64,000 nt of DNA from Desulfatiglandales bacterium (GTDB lineage: Bacteria > Desulfobacterota > DSM-4660 > Desulfatiglandales > HGW-15), in the NCBI GenBank assembly GCA_963667015.2, contig CAXXJJ010000004.1, forward strand, positions 64,001 through 128,000. The letters are read 5' to 3'. Below are positions 10,645 to 19,961 of this stretch, piece by piece (position 1 is the first letter of the stretch; every line of letters begins with the position of its first letter). The translations under genes and the position numbers were made by a program. The notes below the pieces were generated by a model. The model did no database searches and was not told the DNA's origin. It worked only from the letters and a program-made list of their open reading frames with translations.

Positions 10645-10700
10645 GAAGGAATTCTCTCTAATGTTTTGTCATGAGGTAAATGTTGTTATATTTATATCAT

Positions 10701-10740
10701 AAATCTCAAGGGGTATTCTTATAAATACCCCTTGAGATTT
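10701..10740 (-). terminator. Terminator-like hairpin closing the secreted-paralogue operon
   Basis: AAATCTCAAGGGGTATT-cttata-AATACCCCTTGAGATTT inverted repeat immediately past the stop at 10749. Confidence 0.8.
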
Positions 10741-10748
10741 TATCTGTT

Positions 10749-12734
10749 TTACAAATCCAGTGCACTTTTTATCTTGTCTGTAATTATTTCAGTCGGTGCA
10801 CAGTAAATATAATTCCCTTCAACCGGCTGCCATTCATCCTGTGAAATCTTTCCAAGTTTTTTGTGATGATAGATCAGCCTGTATGACAGTTTATCACTTC
10901 CAACATCCTGGTAGATTACCTTGTTGCCCATGGCATCTCCTGCCGCAGGTGAAAGGGAGGCATTCTTATTATCTGTTATTGTCTTTCCAAACTGGTTGTA
11001 TCTCAATTCAATGCTGACCCTGGCTATTCCCAGATCTTCCAGTTCAGTCAAGTCCGTTTCATACTCCAGGGTCACCGGTTGGATAGGGGCGGCAAGGGTT
11101 ACGGCCATAAGCTCGCCCTTTTTCCATTTAGGCTCCGCAGGATAAAGGTGTCCTCCGCGCAGGCTCCACTGTACTGCATAATCATAGGTCTGGGCATCAT
11201 CTCCCATGCGGGCATATGTCAGTGTGGCTGTCTGGCCGTTTGTTTCGAGGTATTTTCGATCTATTGTCATCTCCTCTATAAACGGGCGCTGGTCCTTTCT
11301 CGGAACCCTTACCTGGATGGTTGCATAATTTACCATGTTATTGAAGATATCATAGGCTTCATTATCTATAACAAAACGCATTTCCCTTCTCTGGAAAAAG
11401 GGATCATCCAGGTTTACCTCTGATACAAGTTTGGGGTTATCCTTGAAATCCTTATACCAGGCACCTACATTTCCGGTCATTGTGTAGGTTTCATATCTGG
11501 CAATAACCTTTTTCAGGTTGAGCACCTGCTTTGATTTACGTTTAATCTCTTTTCTCTGAAAGACCGTATAGGAGTATTTATTGTATTTAGCAGCTTCTTT
11601 TCTTCGGGCCGCGATTGCTTCCTTATCTTCGGTCTCGTCGTCTGCTGCCAATTCATCTTCTGTGGGTTCTCCAAGACGTTTCTGCATATCAAAGAAGGAT
11701 TCAAGGACGATTTTATGAAGGCCGCTTTCAACAATCTCTTTGTCTGCGTCAGGAACATGCTGCACATAATCAAAGGTAACAACACCTGTTTCCTGCAGGA
11801 AATCGAGCGCCTGTGTCTGTTCTGTTTCTGTAAGTGTTGTGCTCTTGCGAGTACTGATATTTAAAGGATTATACCACTTGGGGTTCCAGTATTTGGAGCG
11901 TTTGGTCTTCTTTTCCCTTTCATGGGTATATTCCGTTTCTATTTCATTATATTTGTCATAATCGATAGTAACCTTTATATCATAGGCCGGAAGTTTAACC
12001 ACGTATTTAAGATCAAAGGCAACCGATACCTGGGAAGTGGGTTGTTTAAAACCTTCGGCTAAAAGCGTTGCTCCATATGCGTCCAGGCGGGCTGCTACCG
12101 CCACCTGCTGACCTTCCATAACTGGTGCCTTTCCGCTTGTGATCAGGGTAGGGGCAAATTCCTTGTCACCCAGAACTGCAGAGATTACATTAAAACTGTT
12201 GCCTTCGGCTCCGACTTCCAGCGGAACAGCTCCCTTGAGTATTGCTCCTTTTACCTCTTTTTTTAATAATTTGGCTGTTTCCTGCATCTGTTCCTGGCTG
12301 AGGCCGTACTCAACCATAAAATGGAGGACTGCACCCTCTGCGCCGCCGGCTTCCTTGGTCTTGTCCGAAACAAAACGGATCATGGAAAATTTTGGAAGGC
12401 CATCCGGGGCCACAGATACATGGGGATTGGTGGGCAGATAATAGTAGTTATTGCTTGTTTTTTCAGGATTGCTGGTGGCGGCCGGAAAGCATCTCACCGT
12501 TGTTCCATCCTTTAATTTAATATCAACATGCCGGCCGTATTGAATTCCGCCCACTTCCTTGACAGCACTGGCCGAGGGTATGGAGAGTGAAGGTCTTATA
12601 GTTGATGGTTTTAGCTGCCTGATGTAATCCAGTTTTTTAGAGTTGTCTTTGCTGTTAGCTGCCTGAACCTGGCCTGTAAAAATAAAGAATGCTGATACTA
12701 TTGCCAGGCCGACGATTTTAAGTGTTCTGTTCAT
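10749..12734 (-). CDS. Secreted hypothetical protein, paralogue 5 of operon family (661 aa)
   Basis: Signal peptide (..VQA); shared YYYLPxxP..DGxPxFS..GAVLHF core, LxExGVV, VNLDDPFFQRR, two C-terminal beta-rich domains. Confidence 0.85.
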   Translation of the reverse strand: MNRTLKIVGLAIVSAFFIFTGQVQAANSKDNSKKLDYIRQLKPSTIRPSLSIPSASAVKEVGGIQYGRHVDIKLKDGTTVRCFPAATSNPEKTSNNYYYLPTNPHVSVAPDGLPKFSMIRFVSDKTKEAGGAEGAVLHFMVEYGLSQEQMQETAKLLKKEVKGAILKGAVPLEVGAEGNSFNVISAVLGDKEFAPTLITSGKAPVMEGQQVAVAARLDAYGATLLAEGFKQPTSQVSVAFDLKYVVKLPAYDIKVTIDYDKYNEIETEYTHEREKKTKRSKYWNPKWYNPLNISTRKSTTLTETEQTQALDFLQETGVVTFDYVQHVPDADKEIVESGLHKIVLESFFDMQKRLGEPTEDELAADDETEDKEAIAARRKEAAKYNKYSYTVFQRKEIKRKSKQVLNLKKVIARYETYTMTGNVGAWYKDFKDNPKLVSEVNLDDPFFQRREMRFVIDNEAYDIFNNMVNYATIQVRVPRKDQRPFIEEMTIDRKYLETNGQTATLTYARMGDDAQTYDYAVQWSLRGGHLYPAEPKWKKGELMAVTLAAPIQPVTLEYETDLTELEDLGIARVSIELRYNQFGKTITDNKNASLSPAAGDAMGNKVIYQDVGSDKLSYRLIYHHKKLGKISQDEWQPVEGNYIYCAPTEIITDKIKSALDL

Positions 12735-12832
12735 TATTATGGCCTCCTTGATCCATTATAAAATCTGTACTGAATGAGATTTCTGTAATTGTTATAATAC
12801 CTGATATTTATAATTAAATTAAAACTGAATGA

Positions 12833-14593
12833 TTATTCATCCGGTGGTACCAGCACCAGATAGGTTTCATCCAGTTTCTGCCAGTCACCTTTTATCTGGC
12901 TTCCCTTTGAGGGATACCAGTTGACCCTGTAAAAAACTTCTTTTCCCGGATCATGAAACAGCACACTTTGTGAGACGGACTCCGCATCTGTCGCCCTCAT
13001 TACTGCCAGACGCTTATTGACTTCTTTATTGAATACCGGATACTTTACCTCAAGTGTGGCACTGCGAATTCCCTTGTCCTCAAAAAGGAAGCGATCCGCG
13101 TCTAGCTCCAGGTCCACTCTTGTAAGCGGAGGGGCTATAGTGATGATCGGATCACTGCTCTCAATCCATTCATCAGGAGATTCCGGGTTTTTAATCTGGT
13201 GCTGTCCCTTTATGCTCCATGTGGTCCTGTAACCGTAATCTAGCCATGATTCATCCTTCTGACCCAACCGGGCATACTTCCATGATTTAGTGAGCTGGCC
13301 TTCACGGATATCTTCCCTGGTAAATATCAGTTCACCTGTGGCATCTTCATGGTTTTTGTATTTTTTTAAAACAGAAACACCTGCAAAATTCATGATGTCT
13401 TCAAATACATCAGAAAAATCTCCGTCTATCCTGAAAAATACATCCCTTTTCTGAAATGCCGGATCTGCCAGGTTTACAACCCGGAACATATCCTGGTTAT
13501 CCTTAAATTCCCTGTATAGACCGGATATATTGCCTGCGGTATCCACAGGTACTTTAACAACTGCCTTCCGGGTAAGATTTATATTAAACATCGCCCGGTT
13601 TATATCCGAGCGCTTTTTCAGGACATACTGGTTATCCGTGTAATATTTCTGGTTGCCCGAACTGGTGAACATTTGAGCAAGCCAGCCTTTTTTCTGGCGG
13701 CCCTTTATCTGTCCTGATTCCACCGCCTTTTCTTTTTCAGGAATTGCAGTAAATCCTGTCTGCTGGTCAAATATAATTTCAGTCAGTTTGGTTGTAGCAA
13801 GATCTACCAGGCTCTGCATGGCCTTGTTTGCAGAATCTTCCGGAAGCCGGTCAAATATCTCCACATTGACCACACCATCCCGGACAAGTTCATCCATGAT
13901 ATTTCTCAGCTGCCTCTTGGTATAGTTATCCTGGACATTTTTAACCTTGGAAAAATGTTCATAGACCGTGCTGACATTGGCACTGATCTTTGCCTGAAAG
14001 GAGGGTAGGGTAGCCTCATAATAGGTCCTCAGGGCAACAGAGACATCTGATGTGGGTTTTGTTAATGATTCCCATAAAAGTGTGGCCCCGTTTGCGCTTA
14101 ATGTAGCGGCCACGGCAGCCTTGGAACCGGGTGTAACCGGGGCTCGTCCGCTGGAAATAAGGCTGTTTGTGAATCCCTTGTCAGAAAGAGATCCTGATAT
14201 GATGGTAAAACTTCCCTGGTCCTCCTGACGCAGGGGAACGGGACCGGCAAGCCGTGCCTCACTGTTTTCTGTTTTCAAGGCCTCTTTCAGTGCATTGAGT
14301 TCATCTTCCGGAAGAGAAAAGGTGATAAGCATATGCAGCAGGCCTCCGCTGGTATCTCCCTTTGGATCAACAAACTTTACAAGAGAGAGCTCCAGTCCTC
14401 CATCAGTTCGTTCGGAAACCCTTGGCGCAGGCGGCAGGTAGTAATAGACATTGGCATCACTAGCATCCTGAAGTAAAAGAACCCCGTTTATTTCCATCTG
14501 ACCGGCCTCATAATTTACCAGGCCCCACGCTGGAGATGTAAGGAGTATCGTTAAACAGATTGCCAGAAGATACAGTTTTTTAATGGAAATCAT
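12833..14593 (-). CDS. Secreted hypothetical protein, paralogue 4 (586 aa)
   Basis: Signal peptide (..SPAWG); YYYLPPAP..DGGLELS..GGLLHM, GRAPV, GATLLWESL, VNLADPAFQKR. Confidence 0.85.
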   Translation of the reverse strand: MISIKKLYLLAICLTILLTSPAWGLVNYEAGQMEINGVLLLQDASDANVYYYLPPAPRVSERTDGGLELSLVKFVDPKGDTSGGLLHMLITFSLPEDELNALKEALKTENSEARLAGPVPLRQEDQGSFTIISGSLSDKGFTNSLISSGRAPVTPGSKAAVAATLSANGATLLWESLTKPTSDVSVALRTYYEATLPSFQAKISANVSTVYEHFSKVKNVQDNYTKRQLRNIMDELVRDGVVNVEIFDRLPEDSANKAMQSLVDLATTKLTEIIFDQQTGFTAIPEKEKAVESGQIKGRQKKGWLAQMFTSSGNQKYYTDNQYVLKKRSDINRAMFNINLTRKAVVKVPVDTAGNISGLYREFKDNQDMFRVVNLADPAFQKRDVFFRIDGDFSDVFEDIMNFAGVSVLKKYKNHEDATGELIFTREDIREGQLTKSWKYARLGQKDESWLDYGYRTTWSIKGQHQIKNPESPDEWIESSDPIITIAPPLTRVDLELDADRFLFEDKGIRSATLEVKYPVFNKEVNKRLAVMRATDAESVSQSVLFHDPGKEVFYRVNWYPSKGSQIKGDWQKLDETYLVLVPPDE

Positions 14594-14595
14594 AA

Positions 14596-17355
14596 TTATA
14601 TCCCTCCCTTCGGCAGTTCATCCCAGTAGAGGATATCCCCTTCCAGTTCAGTCTTGTCCGAGTTAATCTTTCTGCTCTTTGTCAGATACCAGGTTATATC
14701 CACCATGGTTTCAGGTTTATTCGAGTCTTCCGGGATATCCAGCACCATGGACGGAGCTGGTCCGTTGTTGCGGATAGTAACCTGCTGTGAGATATATTTA
14801 TCCCCCAGGCTGCAGGAGAAATTGACTACTCCATGTCTGACCTCTGCATCAGTTAATGTATTACCATCACCCTCAATAGAAACGGTTCTGTAGTGGTGTG
14901 GAGGGATCAGGGCCAGCATAGGGCTGTCCGTCTCAATCCATGGAGTTCTTATCTCGATGCCTCCATAAAAAGACCATATTGCCTGGTATTCATAATTAAG
15001 CCATGCGGTGCGATCGGAATCATCCTTCCATCCATAGACTATGGAAAAATTATTGCCTGATGAATTGAATGTCTCGGGGGTAACCACTATTTCTCCTGTG
15101 GTAACCTCTCCACCCTGGTGCTGTTTTTTCATTTTAACTGTTACGAAGTTAAGATATTTGGTGAAGGTAGAAGCATCCTGTCCATCAAGTGTAACCATTA
15201 TTTCCCTTTGTTTAAAAACCGGATCATCAATGGTTATAGCCCTGAATACTTTTGAATCCCTTCCATATTTTTTAAAGATGTCTCCTATATTCTCTGCCAT
15301 TGCAAAGGCCTGAGTTTCGGTACGATAACTGTTCATGTTGTAAACCATTTTACCTGAACGTTTGATCTTCTTCATTTTATAGGATGCTACAAGAGAAAAA
15401 CCCGGTGATCCGTCTGATCTGGCCTTTTGTGCCGTTGTTTTGGGTTTTGTACTGCCTGATGCAGTTGTTGTTCCGGTTTTTGGCTGAGTAGTTGTTGTTG
15501 GTAATGGAAGAGCGGGAAGATCTTTTAAATCAGGAAATTTAAGTTCTGTTCCGGAATCAGGCGTATTTGTGGTATCTTTTTTCGTGTTGTCTGCAAGTAT
15601 CTTATCAGTATCCTGTGTATTCTGATTTTCAAGATCTTTATTTATTGCATCCTCAACGCTTATTTTGCTGTCCGATATATCAGAGGATCCTTCTTTTGTT
15701 TTGAGCCTTTCCTTCAACATACGTATCCGGCCCTCAACCTCTTCAGCTCTACTTCCGGTAGGTTTGTGTTCGCTCTTATATTTTTCATAGGCTTCAATTG
15801 CCTTCCTGGTAGCCTCTGGCTGAAACCCTGCATTTCTTGCCTCATCGTAAAGGCGGCGGGCCTCATTATATGATTCACTTGCTGATTCTGCAGGATGCTG
15901 TTCATTTTGTGTATTTGACATATCAACGCTTCGACTGACGAGTATTTTTTCAATCTCCTTTACCCTGGCCTCTGCGTCTTTTCCATCTTTTGTATCCCTG
16001 CCATAAAGATCCGCAGCCTCACTGAATGGGGGGATAGCCTCTTCATATCGTTCCAGTTTCATCAATGCCATACCGGTATTAAAAAGAAAAACAGCCTTTT
16101 CTTTCGGTTCCGGATTATTCGTATTTGAATAGGTTTCAAGAGCTTTTTTGAATGCCGTAAGAGCCTCCAGATAATTTCTGTTGGAATAATGATCCAGGCC
16201 TTTTTGAAATGCCTCCCTTGCCTGCTCTACGTATGGATCACTGGAGGGATCCCCGACACCGTGAATGTTGGTTTGATCACGAATTTCTGATGAAGAAGTC
16301 TGGGCATAGACGCTGGGTACAATGAAGTTATAAAAGCGGGACATCAGCGATCTATTTAAAGGATCCCTGATATGATTATCCATATCCCTGTATAGGCTTG
16401 AGGTCTTTTTAGCGGTGCTGCTCTTTTGAGAAGATGCATCCTTGAGCATTTTTGCCGCCTGATTAAGGCTGTCATAGCTGGGTTCTGCTGCTGCCCGTGT
16501 CAGGTCGTCGGATGTTACCGGATCAAACATGACCTTGAGCAATTTTTCATTTGCACTTTCCAGTATCCTGTCCATAACATCATTTTCACCCTTGGTTGTA
16601 ATCTTTATGGCGCCGGTCTGACGCAGTTCCTGGAACATCATATCTACATCTGCTCCGAACCATTTGTATTTGAACCCGGCCTGGATACGGTCATGTTTGG
16701 CAATACTGCTCCAGTCGGCTTCCAGTGTGGCTTCATAGGGTTCGCGGATTCCGGCAAATTCCATATCAAAAACCAGTGATATATCCGGTGTATCCGTCTG
16801 AAAGCTTGCCCACAGGAGTTCGGCGCCCTCACGTGTCAATGCAATTGAAACCGCTGTTTTCTGGCCTTCCATCAAGGGGGCCTTGCCAACAGCAACTGTT
16901 TTTGTTGTTGTTTCACTTCCTTCCATAAAGGATGTGATCAACGCAAAATTACCCTTCCTGTAAACAATAGGACCGGCAATTTTTGCATCAGGATGCCTCT
17001 GCTGCAAATCCCTTTCTGCATTTTTAATACGGTTTTCAGATACCCCGTAGGTAACCAGGAAATGTACTATTCCACCTCCCTGGGCCTGACCCGTGCCGGC
17101 CTTTCCGGTGACTTCTGTTCTTGCATATTTTAAGAACGAAAACTGGGGTTTACCATCTTTAACAGCTATCTTTGGTTGATCAGGTAGATAATAGTAATTA
17201 TTAGAATCCTTCATTTCGGGGTAGCATATCAGGTCACCGCATTTTTCCATTTTATCCAGCATTACTTCCTGGGAGAAACCTGTGCTTCCTGAAAGTACCA
17301 TTAATACAGTCACAACAAAAAACAAAAGGGATTTTCTAAAAATCATATTTTTCAT
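14596..17355 (-). CDS. Secreted hypothetical protein, paralogue 3, with internal TPR domain and Thr/Lys-rich linker
   Basis: ATG 17355 follows TAAGGAGG; signal peptide; YYYLPDQP..DGKPQFS..GGGIVHF, GKAPL, GAELLWASF, ITIDDPVFKQR; TPR-like AFQKGLDHYSNRNYLEALTAFKKALE. Confidence 0.85.
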   Translation of the reverse strand: MKNMIFRKSLLFFVVTVLMVLSGSTGFSQEVMLDKMEKCGDLICYPEMKDSNNYYYLPDQPKIAVKDGKPQFSFLKYARTEVTGKAGTGQAQGGGIVHFLVTYGVSENRIKNAERDLQQRHPDAKIAGPIVYRKGNFALITSFMEGSETTTKTVAVGKAPLMEGQKTAVSIALTREGAELLWASFQTDTPDISLVFDMEFAGIREPYEATLEADWSSIAKHDRIQAGFKYKWFGADVDMMFQELRQTGAIKITTKGENDVMDRILESANEKLLKVMFDPVTSDDLTRAAAEPSYDSLNQAAKMLKDASSQKSSTAKKTSSLYRDMDNHIRDPLNRSLMSRFYNFIVPSVYAQTSSSEIRDQTNIHGVGDPSSDPYVEQAREAFQKGLDHYSNRNYLEALTAFKKALETYSNTNNPEPKEKAVFLFNTGMALMKLERYEEAIPPFSEAADLYGRDTKDGKDAEARVKEIEKILVSRSVDMSNTQNEQHPAESASESYNEARRLYDEARNAGFQPEATRKAIEAYEKYKSEHKPTGSRAEEVEGRIRMLKERLKTKEGSSDISDSKISVEDAINKDLENQNTQDTDKILADNTKKDTTNTPDSGTELKFPDLKDLPALPLPTTTTQPKTGTTTASGSTKPKTTAQKARSDGSPGFSLVASYKMKKIKRSGKMVYNMNSYRTETQAFAMAENIGDIFKKYGRDSKVFRAITIDDPVFKQREIMVTLDGQDASTFTKYLNFVTVKMKKQHQGGEVTTGEIVVTPETFNSSGNNFSIVYGWKDDSDRTAWLNYEYQAIWSFYGGIEIRTPWIETDSPMLALIPPHHYRTVSIEGDGNTLTDAEVRHGVVNFSCSLGDKYISQQVTIRNNGPAPSMVLDIPEDSNKPETMVDITWYLTKSRKINSDKTELEGDILYWDELPKGGI

Positions 17356-17372
17356 AGGCCTCCTTAATAGAA

Positions 17373-18395
17373 TCATGGGTTGAAAGATTCATCCTCTGAC
17401 TCATCTTTTATGTCATCAGTATTTTTATAGGCAGTAATATCCAGAAGCGCCTCTCCGCTTTTTTCCATCCATGGTGAGGTCTTTTGACTGCCGTCATTAA
17501 ATATGCGTGTTATTCTGTATCGGTAGGGCTGATCCAGGTCCTTTGCCAGCTTGAATTCTATTCGATTCCTGTAATCACCGCCTTCTTTAAAGGTAATGGT
17601 CTCTACAAGGTCTCTGCCGGTTGTGGGTATTGCCACCTCAACGATCTTGGCATAAAGGTTTTCTTCAAGGTTTTCGATAAAATCAAAACAGAATACATCA
17701 AGGCCTGTGTATCCAACCTTCATCCTGCCCCCGAGATCCATTTTATTGAAATGATCCGGATGTGCCTTCATATCCATTTCAACAGGAACTGTCCATGTAA
17801 GGGAGGTTGTGGAGTCCTGCCATTCATCATCTGTTTTATTAACACCCGTAAGGATTTCTTCAAAGGCGACACTTACAAGTGTCTGTCCCTTTTCCACGGC
17901 ATCCCATAAAATCTCAGCTGTATCTTTGTCCAGAGGAACAACCATACTGCCTGTTTTCCATCTAATACCGGCCTCCCTGACCTGTTCCTGATCCGCAAAA
18001 ATCAATGTAACTTTACTGGCAGATACAGGCATTGATTTAAGCCTGGGAGAATTTATCCCCTTTGTACGCAACGCCTTACGGATTTTACCTGATAATCCGG
18101 AATCACTTAAACGGTCAAAACCAAAGGTAAGAACTCCCTTTACCCAGAAGCTTCCTGAATCGCCTGTGCCTTTACGACCCAGGTAGCGATAGAGCGACAG
18201 CCCGTAGTCAGGGGATTTATCCTCTCTGGTATTAAGGAGAGGTCTGGCAGGGGACAGGTACCATACTGAATGGTTTTCATTGTCCCGATAAATTCTCACT
18301 CCTTCGATGTCATCATAAACACTGAGATCCGGAGCAGCCAGACAGTCAGGACAGGAGATGAATAACAGCAGTATCAACAGTGAATATTTTTTCAT
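17373..18395 (-). CDS. Secreted hypothetical protein, short paralogue 2 (340 aa)
   Basis: Signal peptide; WYLSPARP..SPDYGLSLYRY, AEILWDAV..VSVAF; single C-terminal YRYRITRIF beta domain. Confidence 0.8.
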   Translation of the reverse strand: MKKYSLLILLLFISCPDCLAAPDLSVYDDIEGVRIYRDNENHSVWYLSPARPLLNTREDKSPDYGLSLYRYLGRKGTGDSGSFWVKGVLTFGFDRLSDSGLSGKIRKALRTKGINSPRLKSMPVSASKVTLIFADQEQVREAGIRWKTGSMVVPLDKDTAEILWDAVEKGQTLVSVAFEEILTGVNKTDDEWQDSTTSLTWTVPVEMDMKAHPDHFNKMDLGGRMKVGYTGLDVFCFDFIENLEENLYAKIVEVAIPTTGRDLVETITFKEGGDYRNRIEFKLAKDLDQPYRYRITRIFNDGSQKTSPWMEKSGEALLDITAYKNTDDIKDESEDESFNP

Positions 18396-18420
18396 TTTCC
18401 TACTCTTATATTAAAGTCTG

Positions 18421-19938
18421 TTAATCCGCGTTATCCAGCAACGCTTCCAACTGACTTGAACCGATAAACTGGGTCAATTTTCTTGAGTCTTCCCAGGCTT
18501 GAGACAATTTTGTTTCCCCGGTCTCCAGAACCGCTTCGAACCTGTATTTAAAAAGCAGGGGGTTTTCCCCTTTATCAGCGGGAACATATATCATTACATC
18601 TTCATTTTCATTTGCATCAGCCGTAAGTGATACTTCATCCTGCTGAACCGTTTTCCCGCCAACTGTAAGATAAGGGGACTGAATATGGACAATGAGTTTA
18701 TATAATCCGAATTCCTCAAATACTGCGGGAATTGCTTCAAGGAGGATCCGGCTTCCGGGGGCAAGCCCCACACCCTTTCTCACCTTGAGATCGATATTTT
18801 TTATGCAGTCCGTGCAGTTGCTGTCAAGTGATAATCCCATCCAGGTAACAGCAAGATTGTCACCCAGAAGATTCTTTACAGCAGGGAGTTTAAATGGCTT
18901 GGATGTCCCCGGCTCAATATCCACCGGCTTGAGATTTTTTGAGATACGCTCTAGCTTTCCTCCTGTTAACCTGTAGGCGTTTATCGCCTCAATATTAACT
19001 GGAAACTCGGTCAGGTTTTTAAGTGTATCAATTGTTTTACCTTCAGCCCAGTTGTCAAATCCTTCAAGCCTTGGACCGGTGAATTGTTCATAACTGATCC
19101 GTATGGGGATAGGGATATAGGTTTCTTTTACCTTTACGTTGAGATTCCCAACGAGGCCGTCACCGGCAATCTGGGCCAGTATCTCTTCTGTTTCATCCTG
19201 TGTCAGAGACAGGGTTAGCCTGAAGACCTGCTTTAAATGGGCAGGAGGGGTAAGATTAATACGTTCCGGAGGCAGAGACATACCGGTGGTGAGTGCATTC
19301 AGATCCGCTGTGGACCCCAGTCCGGGCATGGCCTTTATCTCCAGCGGATCTGCGGGTTTGAGATCAAAGGCCTGCTGCAGGATCGATTTTAGGAGACGAA
19401 GATCTCCTGATCTGTGAGGGGCCTGGAGTTCTGCTGTAACCATGACAGACGGTTTGCCGGGTTCAGTACGGGTATTGTACTGTATACTCAAACGATATCC
19501 GTCCGGATCACGCTTCAGGAGAAATTCTCTCGGGATATAGTAAAAGACGTGCGGCGCTGCCGTATCCTGCAGCAACAGATGGCTGTCCCATCCGCATACC
19601 TCACCCAGGTCTTCGAGCAGGGATGAATCGTCAATATAATCGCTCAAATCCAGGGTAGCAGACGGATCCGGTCCCTCCGGCTTCTTAAGCTGTGTGGAAG
19701 GTATAATAGGTTTTAAATTTTTAAGATTCACAAGCGGTGTTTTTTTAATCTGAACCGCTGTCATTGGTTTAAACTGCATAGTCCGGATGTTATTTTTAAC
19801 CACCGCGGTGTTGTTAGTGCCTCCTTTTAATATGGAAGAAGAGAGCGGTAAATTTCTTTTAATAGTGGCTTTTTCTTCTTCCGCCTGCATAGAAAAGGAA
19901 AAACACAATATAATAAAAAATGCTATGAATGTTCGCAT
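18421..19938 (-). CDS. Secreted hypothetical protein, divergent paralogue 1 (505 aa)
   Basis: Signal peptide (..SMQA); LQDTAAPHVFYYIP matches LQDASDANVYYYLP of paralogue 4; C-terminal FKYRFEAVLETG..W. Confidence 0.75.
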   Translation of the reverse strand: MRTFIAFFIILCFSFSMQAEEEKATIKRNLPLSSSILKGGTNNTAVVKNNIRTMQFKPMTAVQIKKTPLVNLKNLKPIIPSTQLKKPEGPDPSATLDLSDYIDDSSLLEDLGEVCGWDSHLLLQDTAAPHVFYYIPREFLLKRDPDGYRLSIQYNTRTEPGKPSVMVTAELQAPHRSGDLRLLKSILQQAFDLKPADPLEIKAMPGLGSTADLNALTTGMSLPPERINLTPPAHLKQVFRLTLSLTQDETEEILAQIAGDGLVGNLNVKVKETYIPIPIRISYEQFTGPRLEGFDNWAEGKTIDTLKNLTEFPVNIEAINAYRLTGGKLERISKNLKPVDIEPGTSKPFKLPAVKNLLGDNLAVTWMGLSLDSNCTDCIKNIDLKVRKGVGLAPGSRILLEAIPAVFEEFGLYKLIVHIQSPYLTVGGKTVQQDEVSLTADANENEDVMIYVPADKGENPLLFKYRFEAVLETGETKLSQAWEDSRKLTQFIGSSQLEALLDNAD

Positions 19939-19961
19939 ATGCCTTGCTCCTGAAGTGGATT

